Made by a program: the position numbers and the translations under genes. A stretch of 64,000 nucleotides of DNA from Azolla caroliniana (taxonomy: Eukaryota; Plantae; Polypodiophyta), in contig JBHGNT010000001.1 of NCBI GenBank assembly GCA_043228905.1, positions 33,976,001 through 34,040,000 on the forward strand, in the 5' to 3' direction. Every line of letters begins with the position of its first letter. The first letter of the stretch is position 1. The notes beneath the pieces are model-generated. The model was not told where the DNA came from. It made no database searches and was given only the letters and a program-made list of their open reading frames with translations. Of the stretch, positions 39,014 to 52,922 are shown piece by piece.

Positions 39014-42000
39014 TGGAGTTAGTCACAACAACTAATCTGGCTATTGGCTTTGGTTTCACACATACACACACAAACACGCCACTCTTGTGTGCGTATCTTT
39101 TAACACATTGCCACATAATCTAATTGTTGGCTAATTGCCCTACATAACCTTAAGTCAATGGATTTTACTCATCGTTAGTTTTGAGACTCAAACTATGTAG
39201 GATTTAGGGTTTGCACGTATCAATCCAAACAAGGTATGTGCGTTAGTGTGGAGGATATTGTTTCAAGGCTTCATGTTAGTGTTTACATTATTGTATGGAT
39301 GGAGGGTGTCAAATCCTCCTCGTGCATTTAATTATTTAGGCATTAATGTTAAAATATCGCCTGCATAACCGTGTTAGTAGTGTAATAAGGATTGTGTTTC
39401 GAGGTGTTTGTTTGGATTTAGGGTTCCAATCTTGTTTGAATGGGGGAGGGGGGTGAATATTTTAATGACTTGATTTTGAATATGCTTAACATTGTTTAGA
39501 GTTTATGGAACCATTAAAATGGAGGGTATCCAATTTGTTCTGCATACACCTAGAGGAGCACAGATCTATCTCAAATGTTTGATCTCCTTGCATATCCACT
39601 TTATGACAGTTTAGGGTTTAAGCATCACATGAAAATCAAATGGGATGTAAATTTAAGGTATTCTTTAGATTTCAAGTTTATGGGGAACCATTTGTCTCAC
39701 CCATTACGGGTTTGGTTAGTAAATTGGACATTCAACCTTGAAATTCTTCTTTTGTTTCGTAACTTACTAATAGCAAGGACTTAGGCCCCATTCTAAAGGC
39801 CTACACCATAAGAAAGTAATGTTTTTTTTTGTTTGCCCACAAAGACACCACGTGTGTTATTTGTAAATGCAAATTGCAATTACAATAATTCGGTTTATAC
39901 GTGTCCTTTAGTCTTCTAGGAAAGCATTCAAACATAATTTCATCTCCCACACAAACAAGAGTTCTCCTTAGACAATTAGTTTTCTTGGAATTTTGCCCGA
40001 TTGATATTTATGGTTTTAGGTCCACATGGATGGGGTGTTATAATGCACTTGATTAGATGGGATGTCCAACTACTCCTAACCATTGGGAATTGATGGTTAC
40101 AGTTTAAGTATTGTTTCAACGGGATGTGTAAGTACAATATAATTTGTGTTTACAAGGTATTTATGTTCATCAAGTTTCTTACCAAATTGGGAATTTAGTG
40201 TCAAGGACTACTTAGTTAATAAATCTTAATCCTCTTTGTTTTACTCAAGAATAAATACTTTGCCGTTTTTTGTAAGCAATAGTAACATGTGTTCTATAGA
40301 GGCCCAAACTTCTTCCTTTTTAACAAAAGATACACCCTGGTATTATAAAATCATAAGCAATACAAAAGTTGATGGTTGTTTCGGTGAGAAGAAGAACCCC
40401 ACCAAAACAAAGCTAATGCTAACCATAAATTCATCCATCCATTCATGAGGAGAAAGGGACCTTAAAACATTTTTGATTCATGGATATTTGCAACCTCCAT
40501 GCCGATGAGAGATGGCTGAAATAATACTTTGCACATCGGAATCGTTGTACACCTATAGAGGCCCAAACTTTAGCAAAGCATTCATTATAATATTGGTTGC
40601 ATACAACCTGAAGAGGACATTTGCCCTCCTCATGTCGTGTCTAATTTCTTATGGTAATTCTACCCAAATGAAGGTTACGTTTATGGGGGGGGGGGGGGGG
40701 GGTCATGGATTAAGCCTCATGCTTAACTCCTCAATTTTCTTGAGTTTTTGTCTCATGGGTATTTAGGGTTTACAATCGGGTAACCTCAAATGATATATCA
40801 TATACCTAAGTATAAGAAAGATTATATTTCGATATTGCCATGTACGGTTAGGGTAAATCACCATTATAATGAGTGTGTATGTATAATAATGTGTAGTTCA
40901 TCCATAGGTTCTTCCACGCATGTATATCCTAATTTGTTGTCCACCTTAAAGTCATGTAAATTAACTTGTTTAAACGTAGCCCATCCAAACTAATTGGAAC
41001 TTGAAGCAAATACTTTTAAACACATAAAGGAAGTCAATGCATGTTTTTATTTTTAACCATTGATAATTATCGTTAAAGAGGTTATGTGTCCCACTAGTCA
41101 ATGAGTAGTTCGATTTATTCATTTGCATTGTGTGCCCGTGGAAATCTAGGGATTTAATTATCATGGAAGCAACATCACAGAATAATGTGTCCATTGACTT
41201 TGAAGTACAATATGATTTATGGCATAACCATGGATGTATGAATTTGGGGCTCAAGCATGTGAATCACATGAAATAATAATCCAATTCAACTATTGTTTAT
41301 TTTCTTAAGGGCATCATTCAAATGAGCAAATAAGTATGCCATTTGTTTTTTTTTGTTTTCTCCACTTTGCAATGCATTTACATGTTTATCATTTAGAATG
41401 TTGTTATTTATAAGAAGAAGATCGATCCTCTTAATATTGTATTTGGCTTACTTGAGTTTTAGTTTAATCCATTCACCGATATCTTTCATGTTGACTTGAT
41501 CAACATCAAGTCTTACGAGTAGTATATCATGAAATCATTACCCAAAGTTACATTTACCAAATCACTTGTACTTTTAATCATTCTATTCGCATTGGATAGG
41601 CTACCTATATGACACCCACGAACATGACCCAAAGAAATACTCATAAATATATTAAAACCAAGAAACATACAAGGCCACAAAGCATGCAAGAAAACTAGGT
41701 GCATCTTGCAAAAGAGTTTCATAGTTGACGACGGACGTTGAACTGGAATGTTTGACCAATGTAATAACTCCCAATTCCATTGTATGGTGTGAGAAGATCC
41801 TCTATCTCACTAATGCAGGTGGTTGATTATGCAAGAGGATATTTTTGGAATCTCTAAATTGAACCACCTCTTTCTTGCTAGTGCATGTGCAATAATTTGG
41901 CCAAAGGATTCCTAGAACATTCTCGTAGTTGGCATAGTTAGGCAAAATAATATTCTAGAACATTCTAGATAGGAACATGAGGTAAACGGTAATTAAATAA

Positions 42001-43932
42001 GCAAGAGGACGACAACCATATGCAAATGAATCATGATATTAATATGTGTCGTATAGGGTATAAAATATTCTGCATTTAAGAGGCTATTCTCTATACAAAT
42101 GGATTTTTCATGTACAAAAAACTTCTCAAGTTTGTGACCATGGAAAACAAGTGTGCGCATGATTGCATTGGAAAAACTAAATTAGGAATGTCATGTCAAA
42201 TAATTATTTTGATTCATCCATGTGTTGTGCACCACTTAGAAACAAGGATTAAAAACATTGATTGATTTATAAGCAATATTTATATACATCCAAATAATGT
42301 TTTTGAACATATTATCATCATTGTGTTCCTTATGACATTTCTTTCTCATAGTATTCATGATGAGGCTTCTGTCTTGCTTATAATATGGTAAGAATTAAGT
42401 TAGGCTTCACAATATGAAGTAATAATGTTGGTATTTTTATGCAATAACTTGACCTATCACATTCAGCCCACCTATCTAATGTATTAAACCTTTGAATACC
42501 ACGATAATTCTAGATGATAATATGTATTCAATGCTTTATGTTCTTTATCTCATGCAACCATTTATGTGTGTTTATGTATATTGAATCATAAAAGGGCAAC
42601 ATTTTTCAAAAGAAGATAAGCCCAACCTTTTGAGGAAAAGACTAACCATATGTTCATAAAACAGTCAAGGGTTTTAGGAGGATGATAAATAGCTATAATC
42701 TTGTGGCCCACCGCCCACAACCCCTTTTAAAAAAACCTATATGCATACAAAGATTGTACATACATGTGGGGAATCATTCATTGTGACTCTTATATAAAGA
42801 TGGTCCTTGTGTGAATTAAGAGATATACATGAACTAAAAACATTTTATTTATTTTTTCCAAAATGAAGCTACTTTCCCATTAGTTAGGTAAGATTATTAC
42901 AAAGAGATTGTACAAGGAGGCTTAAGCATAGATTGGGGAATCCCCCTCCGATCAAGTCCTAGAAATTGAGACTAGTTACATCACCTTTCGGACGAACTAC
43001 TTGGTGAACTAAAAACATATTATATTCAAGGGAGGGAGTTGACTACTCGGTGAACATAATGAGATTGTTGTTTTTGGGGGTCAAATTACAATAGAGAGTA
43101 TGTACTATAATCCATCTTCATGCCTAAGAACTCTTTGTGCAAGTGAGAAGTCAAGCGTCACCTCATAGGAATGCGAACAATGGTATCCTTTGTTGCATGT
43201 TCGATTCCATACAAGTAGTTACTATGGTCTGTAAGTTAGGCACTTCGTTCATGACTACACCCTTTCAAAGTCCATACAAGAAGAAGTTGGAGACACGATG
43301 TGTGTAGTAACAATAGCATCCTTTTACCTTATGACACAAGAATATGAAATATATTGTAAAGTTGGATCGATCGCACATTGATTTAATTATTGTTATTGGG
43401 AACACCATGGCTGGTTGAAAGTGATGTAAGGCCACTGAGGAGCAATGTTTATATGCATCATTCCAATTTGAAACTACGTTCTTTTAATCATTTGAAGTAA
43501 ATTGGGGATTTTCCATGATGTTATTATCTTAATGTTAGTTATGACGAAACAAAAGAATGTTTGATGTTTGACCACTCTTATTTGTGAGAAACAAAACTAA
43601 TTGAACAAAGTCATGGCCCAATTTTAAAACAAAAAATGCCAATGCTAGCTTCAATTGTTTTTAAGCTTATCTCGAAGTTGTGAAGAATTCCTTCAAATCA
43701 TGGGAACAACCAAGCCATTGTCACAAAAGGTGAATTCATGTGGCACATAGCATTGCCATTTCTCCCCTCAATTTGCTTGCTTGCATTGGCATCATGAACA
43801 AAGATTTTTTCAGAAACAAAAAGGTATGAAAATGCAGGAAATGTAAAATATGGGAAAAAGAAAAAGAAACGGAGAGAAAAAAGAAATCATGGAGTTGTCT
43901 TCTAAAGTAATGAGTGTCGTGGTTGTGGAAGG

Positions 43933-44379
43933 AAATTGAAATTAATTTCATTCATTTTCCCCTATATAGGTGGATAGATTTTATTATCACCCTCAGAGGC
44001 CAAATATGACCCATAGGACCAAAATTGAATCGTTTTTACATAGTATGTGTGGAATTAAGTAGTGACTCTCGATGTTCAAGAATTCTATCGATGAACATTG
44101 CAATAAAGAGTGCACACAGTGATTTTGAGAGGAATGTATGTAGGGTAGTGGACCAAATTGAAATTAATTTCATTCGTTTTCCCCAATATAAGTAGATAGA
44201 TTTTATTATCATCCTCATAGGTCAAATGTGGCCCATAGGACCAAAATTGAATCATTTTTAGTACATGTGGAATTAAGTAGTGACTCTTGATGTTCAAGAA
44301 TTCTATTGATGAACATTGCAATAGAGAGTGTGTACAGTGATTGTGAGAGGAATGTATGTAGGGTAGTGGACCAAATTGA
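43933..44379. repeat. ~222-bp tandem duplication, followed by (GA)n
   Basis: aaattgaaattaatttcattc...gaatgtatgtagggtagtggaccaaattg starts at 43933 and again at 44155. Confidence 0.92.
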
Positions 44380-44390
44380 CTGTGTAGAAA

Positions 44391-44445
<55 letters not shown>

Positions 44446-47400
44446 GCTTAAACATAGAGAGTTTATATATACACATATAAATATTGGAGATCTCATATCA
44501 TACTAACATCTCCTCTACTATAGTTTGATGTATTCACGAGACAAAACTACATTGCACAATATATAAGAGGTTTTCATTTCTACTCTGAATGAGTTAGATC
44601 TTATAATGTATGTCCAAATGTATAAGAAACTAAGATGGGACATGCTCGCTATTACTACAAGATCAAGTTACAATATGCAAAGATTCCTCCTCGGTAGATG
44701 CTTTCACTCATAAATTGACACCTATAAAAAGTGTGCAGGGAAAATTGAAGAGAATATTGTTCCTACATTAATTGGAAGTCACTTAAGAGAGAACAAATCC
44801 ATAAATGATCGAAATCATTACCTAGATATTAAAACATGAAAAATAAGGAAATTCGATGTGAAATTCCTATTTTCAAATGGGAAATTAACTACACTTGCCT
44901 AGTAGCATTGCCCTTTGGGCATTCCCAAAATGAAAAACATCACTCAGACTGTAAAAGGGGCGTTCCAGCATTTAATCGGGGGCCACCCTTTTGAAGAGCA
45001 AGTAGATCGTTTTTTATTTTATTTTTTGGGTTTGGAGATGGAAGTAGGGGAAGTACATTTTTTACGTTGATGATGGTGTATATGGATTTTTATTAATGAC
45101 CAACGACTTATTGTGAATTAGTAAACCCTCCAAGAGGTAGTTCTTCCATTGTTTGAACTTTGGATTATGGAATGCGACTTTGTTTCATATAAGAAGTGTG
45201 GCGTTTTCATTCAATCTTTTATATTCTTAACATGTGTCAAGCCTTGTATTGGCTATTAATTGAATTGGGATTTGGATATTTGAATTTAACAACTTCTATC
45301 AAGTACAATTTATCCATATAAAATCCATTTAAAGGGATAATGATTTTGTGTTAATAATAGAGAAGTTCCGAAGGATTAAATTTGATTTTTGGTTGCTCAA
45401 ACATATTGTTTCAACATTCACACCTGAGCATTTTAGGTACTACTTGTGCATAAAGCTCTTGGAAATGTATGCTCTAAGATATTATGATCCATAAGAGAGA
45501 GATGGTGTATTATTGTCCTTGAGAAGGCCAACAACTCGTGTGGTTAACCCACTATTCTTGTAAATATAATAAATGTCGTTGTTCCAAAAATATGAGAGTT
45601 GTTAGGTGTAGCTTGCTCTGTGTACACCTCAAATTTAAGCCTTCGTGAATCAATAATTAAGAGCCACAAGTTAACTTCGTTCATAACCTTGCATAATTGT
45701 ACATATAAAAGGGCATGAACTACTATTTTTGTCGGGATCGAGAATCAAATTTCAATGAATTGTTAATGAGCATTATTCACCACACACTCACTAGAATTTT
45801 CAACTATAATTATGAAATAAGAAGAATGAATGTAAACAAAGGCTATGAAAACCCATCTTCAACTTGAATAACTCATAAATTACCCATAAACGTATCTTAA
45901 ATCTTGATTACTCTATGATTAAGAAATGGACTAAAATAACTTTATCTAGTGAAACTATGGTACTCAAGAAGTACTCAAAAAAGGATAATGACATTATATG
46001 CTAGTCCAATATGTTACCTATTATATACGTAGCGTACTAGGTCAAATGCACGCCTATGAAGGACTCAAGCATATTTCTCAAAAAGTCTAGCAAGTTTTTA
46101 CGAAGTCAAAGCAAGTGCACAGTAGAAAGGTTCAGATTCTTCTCCTTAGTTCCAATCTTTGAGCCATTGATGATTATTTTTCTTCAAAGCATCTCAACAA
46201 CCGAGTGGGACCTATCCTCGTATTGGTTGACTTTTAATATTGTTCTTTCTTGTATTTATTTGCCACCAGTCATTGTACACAATCTCCCATAAATTAGACA
46301 ATGAAATTGATATCCTCATGTTTGCATTTAAATCTAGTAACAACTTACAAATTGTTTAAAACTATCATGTCACACGAGGGGGAAGCCCAACTCAAGGGAT
46401 GAATATATGCCATGTTATCAAGTGCATTAATTCATGAGAATTGCATACTAATGAATATTACATATTTAGAAAATTGATCAATGTGTGTGTGTGCACTTAA
46501 AAATTTCTAGCAAAAAACCTAACTTATTGTTATGGATATTGTTGTCGAAACCATTTCCAACCCTCTGCATATTTTGAGGCAAAAACAAGTTATTGTAATA
46601 AAGTGGATGTAGTATGGTTACATTTTACTTACCCTATGTAGTGTGTGCACCACCACAAATGCTTTTGCAATGCAAATGGAATTATCTAAAGCTATGATAT
46701 AACTAATTAAATTAGTCCAAACATATAGTTTATTAAAATATGTTGTACACGTAACTTCATACATTCATTTTAGAACATTCTGAAACTAGCACGGTGACAT
46801 GATCATTGATGCATGTGTTACCATGGTAATGGCAGTTGATGGATTCAACTATTGTGAAAATAAAATCAAGAAGAACGCCGTCCATTGACTAAATTGGAAT
46901 AGTGACTTATATCATTACCTTTAGATGTTTCGATTGAGGTTTATGCATATGATTGAAAGATAGAACATACAACACATGTTAAAACACAATGTCAAAGTAT
47001 TGTCTATTATAGAATTAATCCATAAACAAATTTGTTTGTAGATTCATCATGTCATCTTCAATGTTACAACTTACAATTGAAAACTAAAATGTATAAAATT
47101 GATAGCATGGTAGTAAAGGATTGCAACAACTTTGACATGCACACTAACCATTTGCTCAAAGGAAGTGGTTTTACAACAAGGGCATCGAGATATTGATTCC
47201 TTAAAACAATAATCGCCCTCTAAACAATAATAAATAATGATAAACCACTAATCACCCTTTAAACGACAATGCCAATAAATAATGATAGTCAAAGTCTCAA
47301 TTATTGGGTATATATCACAAAACATACATCAAAATTCAATCTAGATATTTTTGCACATTCACCATTGCATGTAAAATTTGGTTTTATAACAATGCCATAA

Positions 47401-50400
47401 TACAAAGAGATTGCCCATCAAAAGGCAATGCTAATAAATAATGTGTACACCCTTTGAATCCACAAATACAAACTGATAAACCTCAAATATGGCAATTGGT
47501 AAGTAGTACAACAATTGGTATATTTGTAAGGCTCAATGTTTGAAGGTATTTCAAAATGTGACTGAAAGACCTGCCCAAATAAATTTGGGAATTTGGATAG
47601 AGATTGTGCATAATCTCAAAGGGTTGTTGGATAGTATAAAAGGTAATACGCACCAAGTGGAGCTTAAGCGTTTGGAATTTCATGCCATCCGGGACATAGG
47701 TATATTTTATAGACTGACTTGTTTATAAGGTGGAGTGGTTTTACTCAGCACCAAACTATTTATTTAAGCCGATGGTTAAAAATTAGAATTTAGAAAAATA
47801 CAAGGGATCTGTGGTATATCTTGTATGTATAACCTTATGGTGTTTTCTATGTAAAAAAAATAGTGTATGCCCTTTGTAAATAGTTTGACTTGGTGCAGTG
47901 GAAGTATGAACGATCAAATCAAATCATAGATATTAAGCATGTGACATCAATAAGCTTCATCTTGCAATACAATAACAAATGCCAACAAATTTACATGGTT
48001 GTAAATTCAACGTATAGGTGTTACAATTGTCAAGCCAAAGCATTTAAAAGAATTTTACTCGGTAAGATTCTGAACCCTAGTGTAGAAATATTTCTGTATA
48101 TATTTTCATGATAAAATTTTAATTATCGACATCGTGTGTTTTCTATAAATGTCGGTCTAGATTTTTTGTTTATACAAAAAACATAAAGAGAATCTTAGCT
48201 GTATGTATGATTTTGAACTTTTTGGATGTACCGAAATGTAAGCTTTTCTTCAATTGCCTTCTAGTATTGTACAAGTAGACTTTCTACTATTGACATTATT
48301 ATTCGCATTCTGATCCATGAAAACTTCCATGTATGCCAATCCTCATTTAGTGTGGAGAAATTGTAAGCAAAAGGAAATGGGAAGGGGAGTAAAGGATTTG
48401 GTCAAGATGTCTAAAAGTGATCGAATATGCTTTAGAAGTGGCTAAATCGATTGTCAGTGCATTTACCTACTGTAATACCCAAGCTTTTTGAGCTTAGAAT
48501 TACATAGTGTATATTTTGAATAACTAAATTTTCTTAGACTACACATATGATACTGAAGGTTGTGAGGGGTTCCATGTCAGCTTTTGAACACCCCATGGAC
48601 GTGATATTTTCATGGATATGCACCACCCATGTACATATATCATAAATCTTGACCACATATCATCCTCCACATATTACCTTCTATATAGAGAAACATCTAC
48701 ATATATTTACAAACACATGTTGTAACTTACATCAAAGTAGTTAGTGCCAGCTAATACTCATATAATGGAGATATTTGTATGATGTATTGGTAGATTTTAT
48801 AGAAGAGAATGCAATGTAGGAGTATCCATGATGTTATGGTACATGGTAAAACAGTTTTCATAAAGGCAACATCGTCAAGAGCAATTATTTTCACATCTAA
48901 AGTAAGAGGATGAATTGGAATATTCTATTGTTCTATTTTATGAAGACGTGTTTAAGTAGGAAGTTATAATGGAGGTGCAAAAGTGAAATGGTCCATTTGT
49001 TGAGCATCTATATGCCGAAAATTTATCGTGGTGATGAAAAAAGTGGGAGAAGACAATGTACGTTATCACCTCTTCAACTTTTTTCTTTAATGTCCAGGTT
49101 TCACGCGTCCTTATGAATGCTAGGTTGATCTTTAAGAGATATCACGACAGAAGTAAATATACATTGTCTAAGTGCAATCTTCATTATTATCCCTTTGAAT
49201 TTTTTTAGGAGTGCCAGCTGGAATTTCTTTAGGTGTAAAATTTGATCGTGACCATAGGTCCGAAATGACGTTACCATTACGCAATCTCCTTGCCCCGCCC
49301 CCTATATATGTATGGATTTGTAGTGAGATCCTACCCACGCTTCATTTCATCAACAATATTGTATAACTTTATCTAAGCTTAGTTTGTGCATTTTGCAATA
49401 TTAGCCTAGGCACATCGAGCATTCAACTTCAATGGCAAAATTCAAACAGGTACCCCTCTCTCAAAATTGAACCCCATTTGGCATGAGTGTCTCAATACTT
49501 TCCTTATTGGTTCCTTGACCATCCTTAAATATCTCTCTCTGGTTGTTGGCATGAAGTTTGATCTTTGCCATTGGCTCGTCTCTTTATTGTAAATCCTACT
49601 TGGTCTCCTTGTAGAGAGATAATTTTGTGGATGTTAATAATTTCTTATCCTCAATTCTTTGGAGTAGGTATGTGCTTAATCATCACTCCTTACTTGGATT
49701 TTAAATTGATACTCTCCTACTCTCTAAATCCAATTTCTTGTAGTTGATCAAGTACCAATCTTAATCCTAATGTTTATATTCCATTATCTCTTTGAGTTCA
49801 ATTCTCAAAATGGGCTTGATCCCATCCCATGGAGTCAGTTATATAGTTCAGTCCCTTACTGAGATTAAGAAGTCTATCTATCAATCTCTCTCTCAACCAC
49901 ACATACACACATAATTGCATTCTCTAAGAAGAATGAATGTTGTGTATGGAGCTTGATATCTAGAGGGAAACCTAACCCTTGTACAACCACCATCATGATT
50001 CATGCACGAAATGATGTTCATACTAATTTGTAATGGATGATATCCACTATACAAGCACGTGTGAGTGGGCACACACATCGCACAGAAGCCGGATAGGTAG
50101 ACATGTCACTTATTGTTTTATGAATATTCAGAATCGTATATAATACCTAGGTAAGATAAAATCTTCTTAAAATGCCTTCTAATTTGGTGGCTAGAGGATG
50201 GAATCTTGAATGCATAATATTATCTACGAGAAAAATGTCAAAAGGATACCTAAGAGATATTGTCATAGTTTAAAAATTTGCAAGAAGAGAGTGTGTAGAT
50301 TCATGTGGAATATTCCGAATGATTGTTCCGAAGATCTTAGGGAAGGCATACATTATGTATATACATAGACATAAGTGAAAGAGAAAGAAGGCTCATTTTT

Positions 50401-50595
50401 TTAGACCGCCAAGTTTTGCATAACTACATAATTGCCCTTCCTCCTCCTCCTTGACACCTTGTGGTGACAGAGTTTTCCATAACCGCATAACTGCCCTCTT
50501 CCTTCCCCTTCCTCACCCTCTGTATACAGAGTCTTCGCCCCCCTTCATCACCATCACCATCTTCTTCATCTTCTTCTTCTTGTGTGTGCACACAG

Positions 50596-52922
50596 AGCCA
50601 GCTAGAGGCATGGGCATATAACCCTCACTCCGATGAAGACGAACGAAGCGAGCACCGATTCTCCCCGAATCGTCCGATCCCTCCTCATGTCCTAGAAGGT
50701 AAAAAAACAAACCCGATTCTCTACCCATGGAATCTAATCACCTAAATTAGGGCAAGGAGTTTGGGGTGTGACCTAATTTAATCAGGGCGCGGGATGAATT
50801 GCTCATCAAACTTAGCTAGCTGTGTGTTTAATCGCAGAATTGGGGGTGCTTTGCTGGAAGATTGATGCCGACAACTACGAATCGGACCCCGTCCTCCAAG
50901 GAATCAAGAAAGAGCGTGGCTACACATCCTGGGTAAGCCTCCCCTCCCCCAACCAATCACATCCCTCCACGTGTTTAGGGTTTACAATCACAATCATCCA
51001 CGTGTGATTACTTCCTTAAATCTTCTCCACGTGTCACGTTTAGATCCACAAATCCTTCTCCACACGTGTCGGTCCTTCCTAGAAACTTGGATTAGTCCAT
51101 GTGGCCATGCGTGTACTGTGCACAAATGTAGGAACGACACACCTCCCCCATGGGGGGGGTCTCAATTGCCCACACGTGTGTGTAGCAATGTCCCGTGTGT
51201 CCCTTCCTTCGTTAAGGACAACATGCTACCATGCATATCATTTACATTACAGAGTCTAGTTTTTGTTGGGTTACAAACTTACATGCCCCGCCCGCCACAA
51301 TCGCCGACCAAACGAGTGTTGTCGTGGTACTATCATTTATATATTGGTTAGCATGCTGGTTTTCTCCGACCCTAACTAGACATGTGTTACAACTTACAAT
51401 GAATCAATCATAAGACATATTCAATATCACATCACATCTGATCTTCACTCTCACTTTGTGCCCTCCACAAATGTAACTCTCCGATCCCTTTTCAATCGTC
51501 CAAAAACATATAATTATCCGAGGGACCTGTAAATTTGCCCTTTTTGATCCTTTAATTTGGTCCATGGCGATGACAATTGTTACATGGTGCATAGTTTCAA
51601 ATGCACATTTGAAATACATGGACGTAATTTCCCTGGACCACAAGTCAGTGTTCTCCACGCGGCCTTTTCACATTGGTCAGCTATGTGAGAATTTTCTCAT
51701 GGCTCCTACTCTAGCTACAAAATACTGCAGTCATGTAAGGTTATCCCAATCGTAATAACCAAAGTATATATGTACAACCACCAACCCATCAGTACCCGAG
51801 CTACAAACGTGGTATAACGATATCCTTCTCCAATATTCATATTCTGCCCATATCATAGAAGTCAATGGGTGATTCAAGGGAACACAATTGATCATCGCCT
51901 ACATGCATTGTTGCAATACACCAACAAAATATCCACTCACAACCCTCCACCTCCAATGTATATATTGACCATGTTGCATTTACTTATAGGTCCATGTTCT
52001 AATATATTATAGCAATATCTTCATATCTTTGCAGGAAACTATTACAGTCGCCCCCGGAAAGCTTGAGAATTATGAAGCAAAGCTCGCCCGCTTCTACACC
52101 GAGCATCTCCATCCTTATGATGAAAGTAGGCTCATCCTTGACGGAAGTGGTAAGTAATTTCATTCAAAGCTCGAACCAAGAAAGGAATGGCTTAAAGTAT
52201 TAATGTCTTGGAGTGTTTATGGAGTCATAGTTTCTCCCATTATGACAAGGTTTAGGCCTCCTTATAAGGGTTTTCATTTCACATGCTCGTGAATCATGAG
52301 CACATCCTGTTTGTGCATTGGAACTACAGCATGATCAATGATCCAAATATGCCAGTCTTGTTGAAGATATTCAATGACATGTTATTCTTGTTCTTTAGGG
52401 CTTTGGGACATTCGTGGATATAATGGCGAATGGATACGCTTTCGTGTATGTAAAGGGGATATGATTGTGCTACCTCCTGGCATGTATCATCGTTTCACAG
52501 TGGATACCAACAACTACATTAAGGTTATTATTGTCATTAGCCATCATTATTCAACAATAAGATCAATAGCATATTTGTTGAATCAATATTAATATAATCT
52601 TGAGCATTTAATTACCTACATTCTAATACATACTATGAATGCATAAATTTTAGGCTTTACTCTTGTTCACTGAAGTCCCTTCACGCATTGATATGATCAA
52701 ACCCGATGCTGACAAATTGCCAACAAGGTAATTATCACATAAATTTCATTTTCTTTTATTAGGTTGTACTGGTGTTTGACAACCACACCAATATAAGATT
52801 ATATGATTATCATAAATATGTATGGTCTGGTACATGTTGTGATTCATTACTTGTTGATTGCTTGTTTTTTCAGGAAAGAATATGTTAAGAATGTCCTTAT
52901 GAAAGACGTTGCTGGAGTTTGA
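50596..52922 (+). CDS. ARD: Acireductone dioxygenase (ARD/ADI1 cupin), divergent; exons ?-50698, 50838-50932, 52035-52149, 52399-52523, 52654-52727, 52874-52922; start codon not found
   Basis: LEAW...[62 protein letters not shown]. Metal ligands HxHxxxE...H are present and splice phases fit. Confidence 0.92.

Noticed and set aside
38510-39123. Long CMYV/HTYI ORFs
   Set aside because: Translations of a stop-free microsatellite.
39100-50300. Numerous 60-95-aa ORFs in the long intergenic block
   Set aside because: No recognisable motifs or consistent splice structure; likely decayed repeat DNA.
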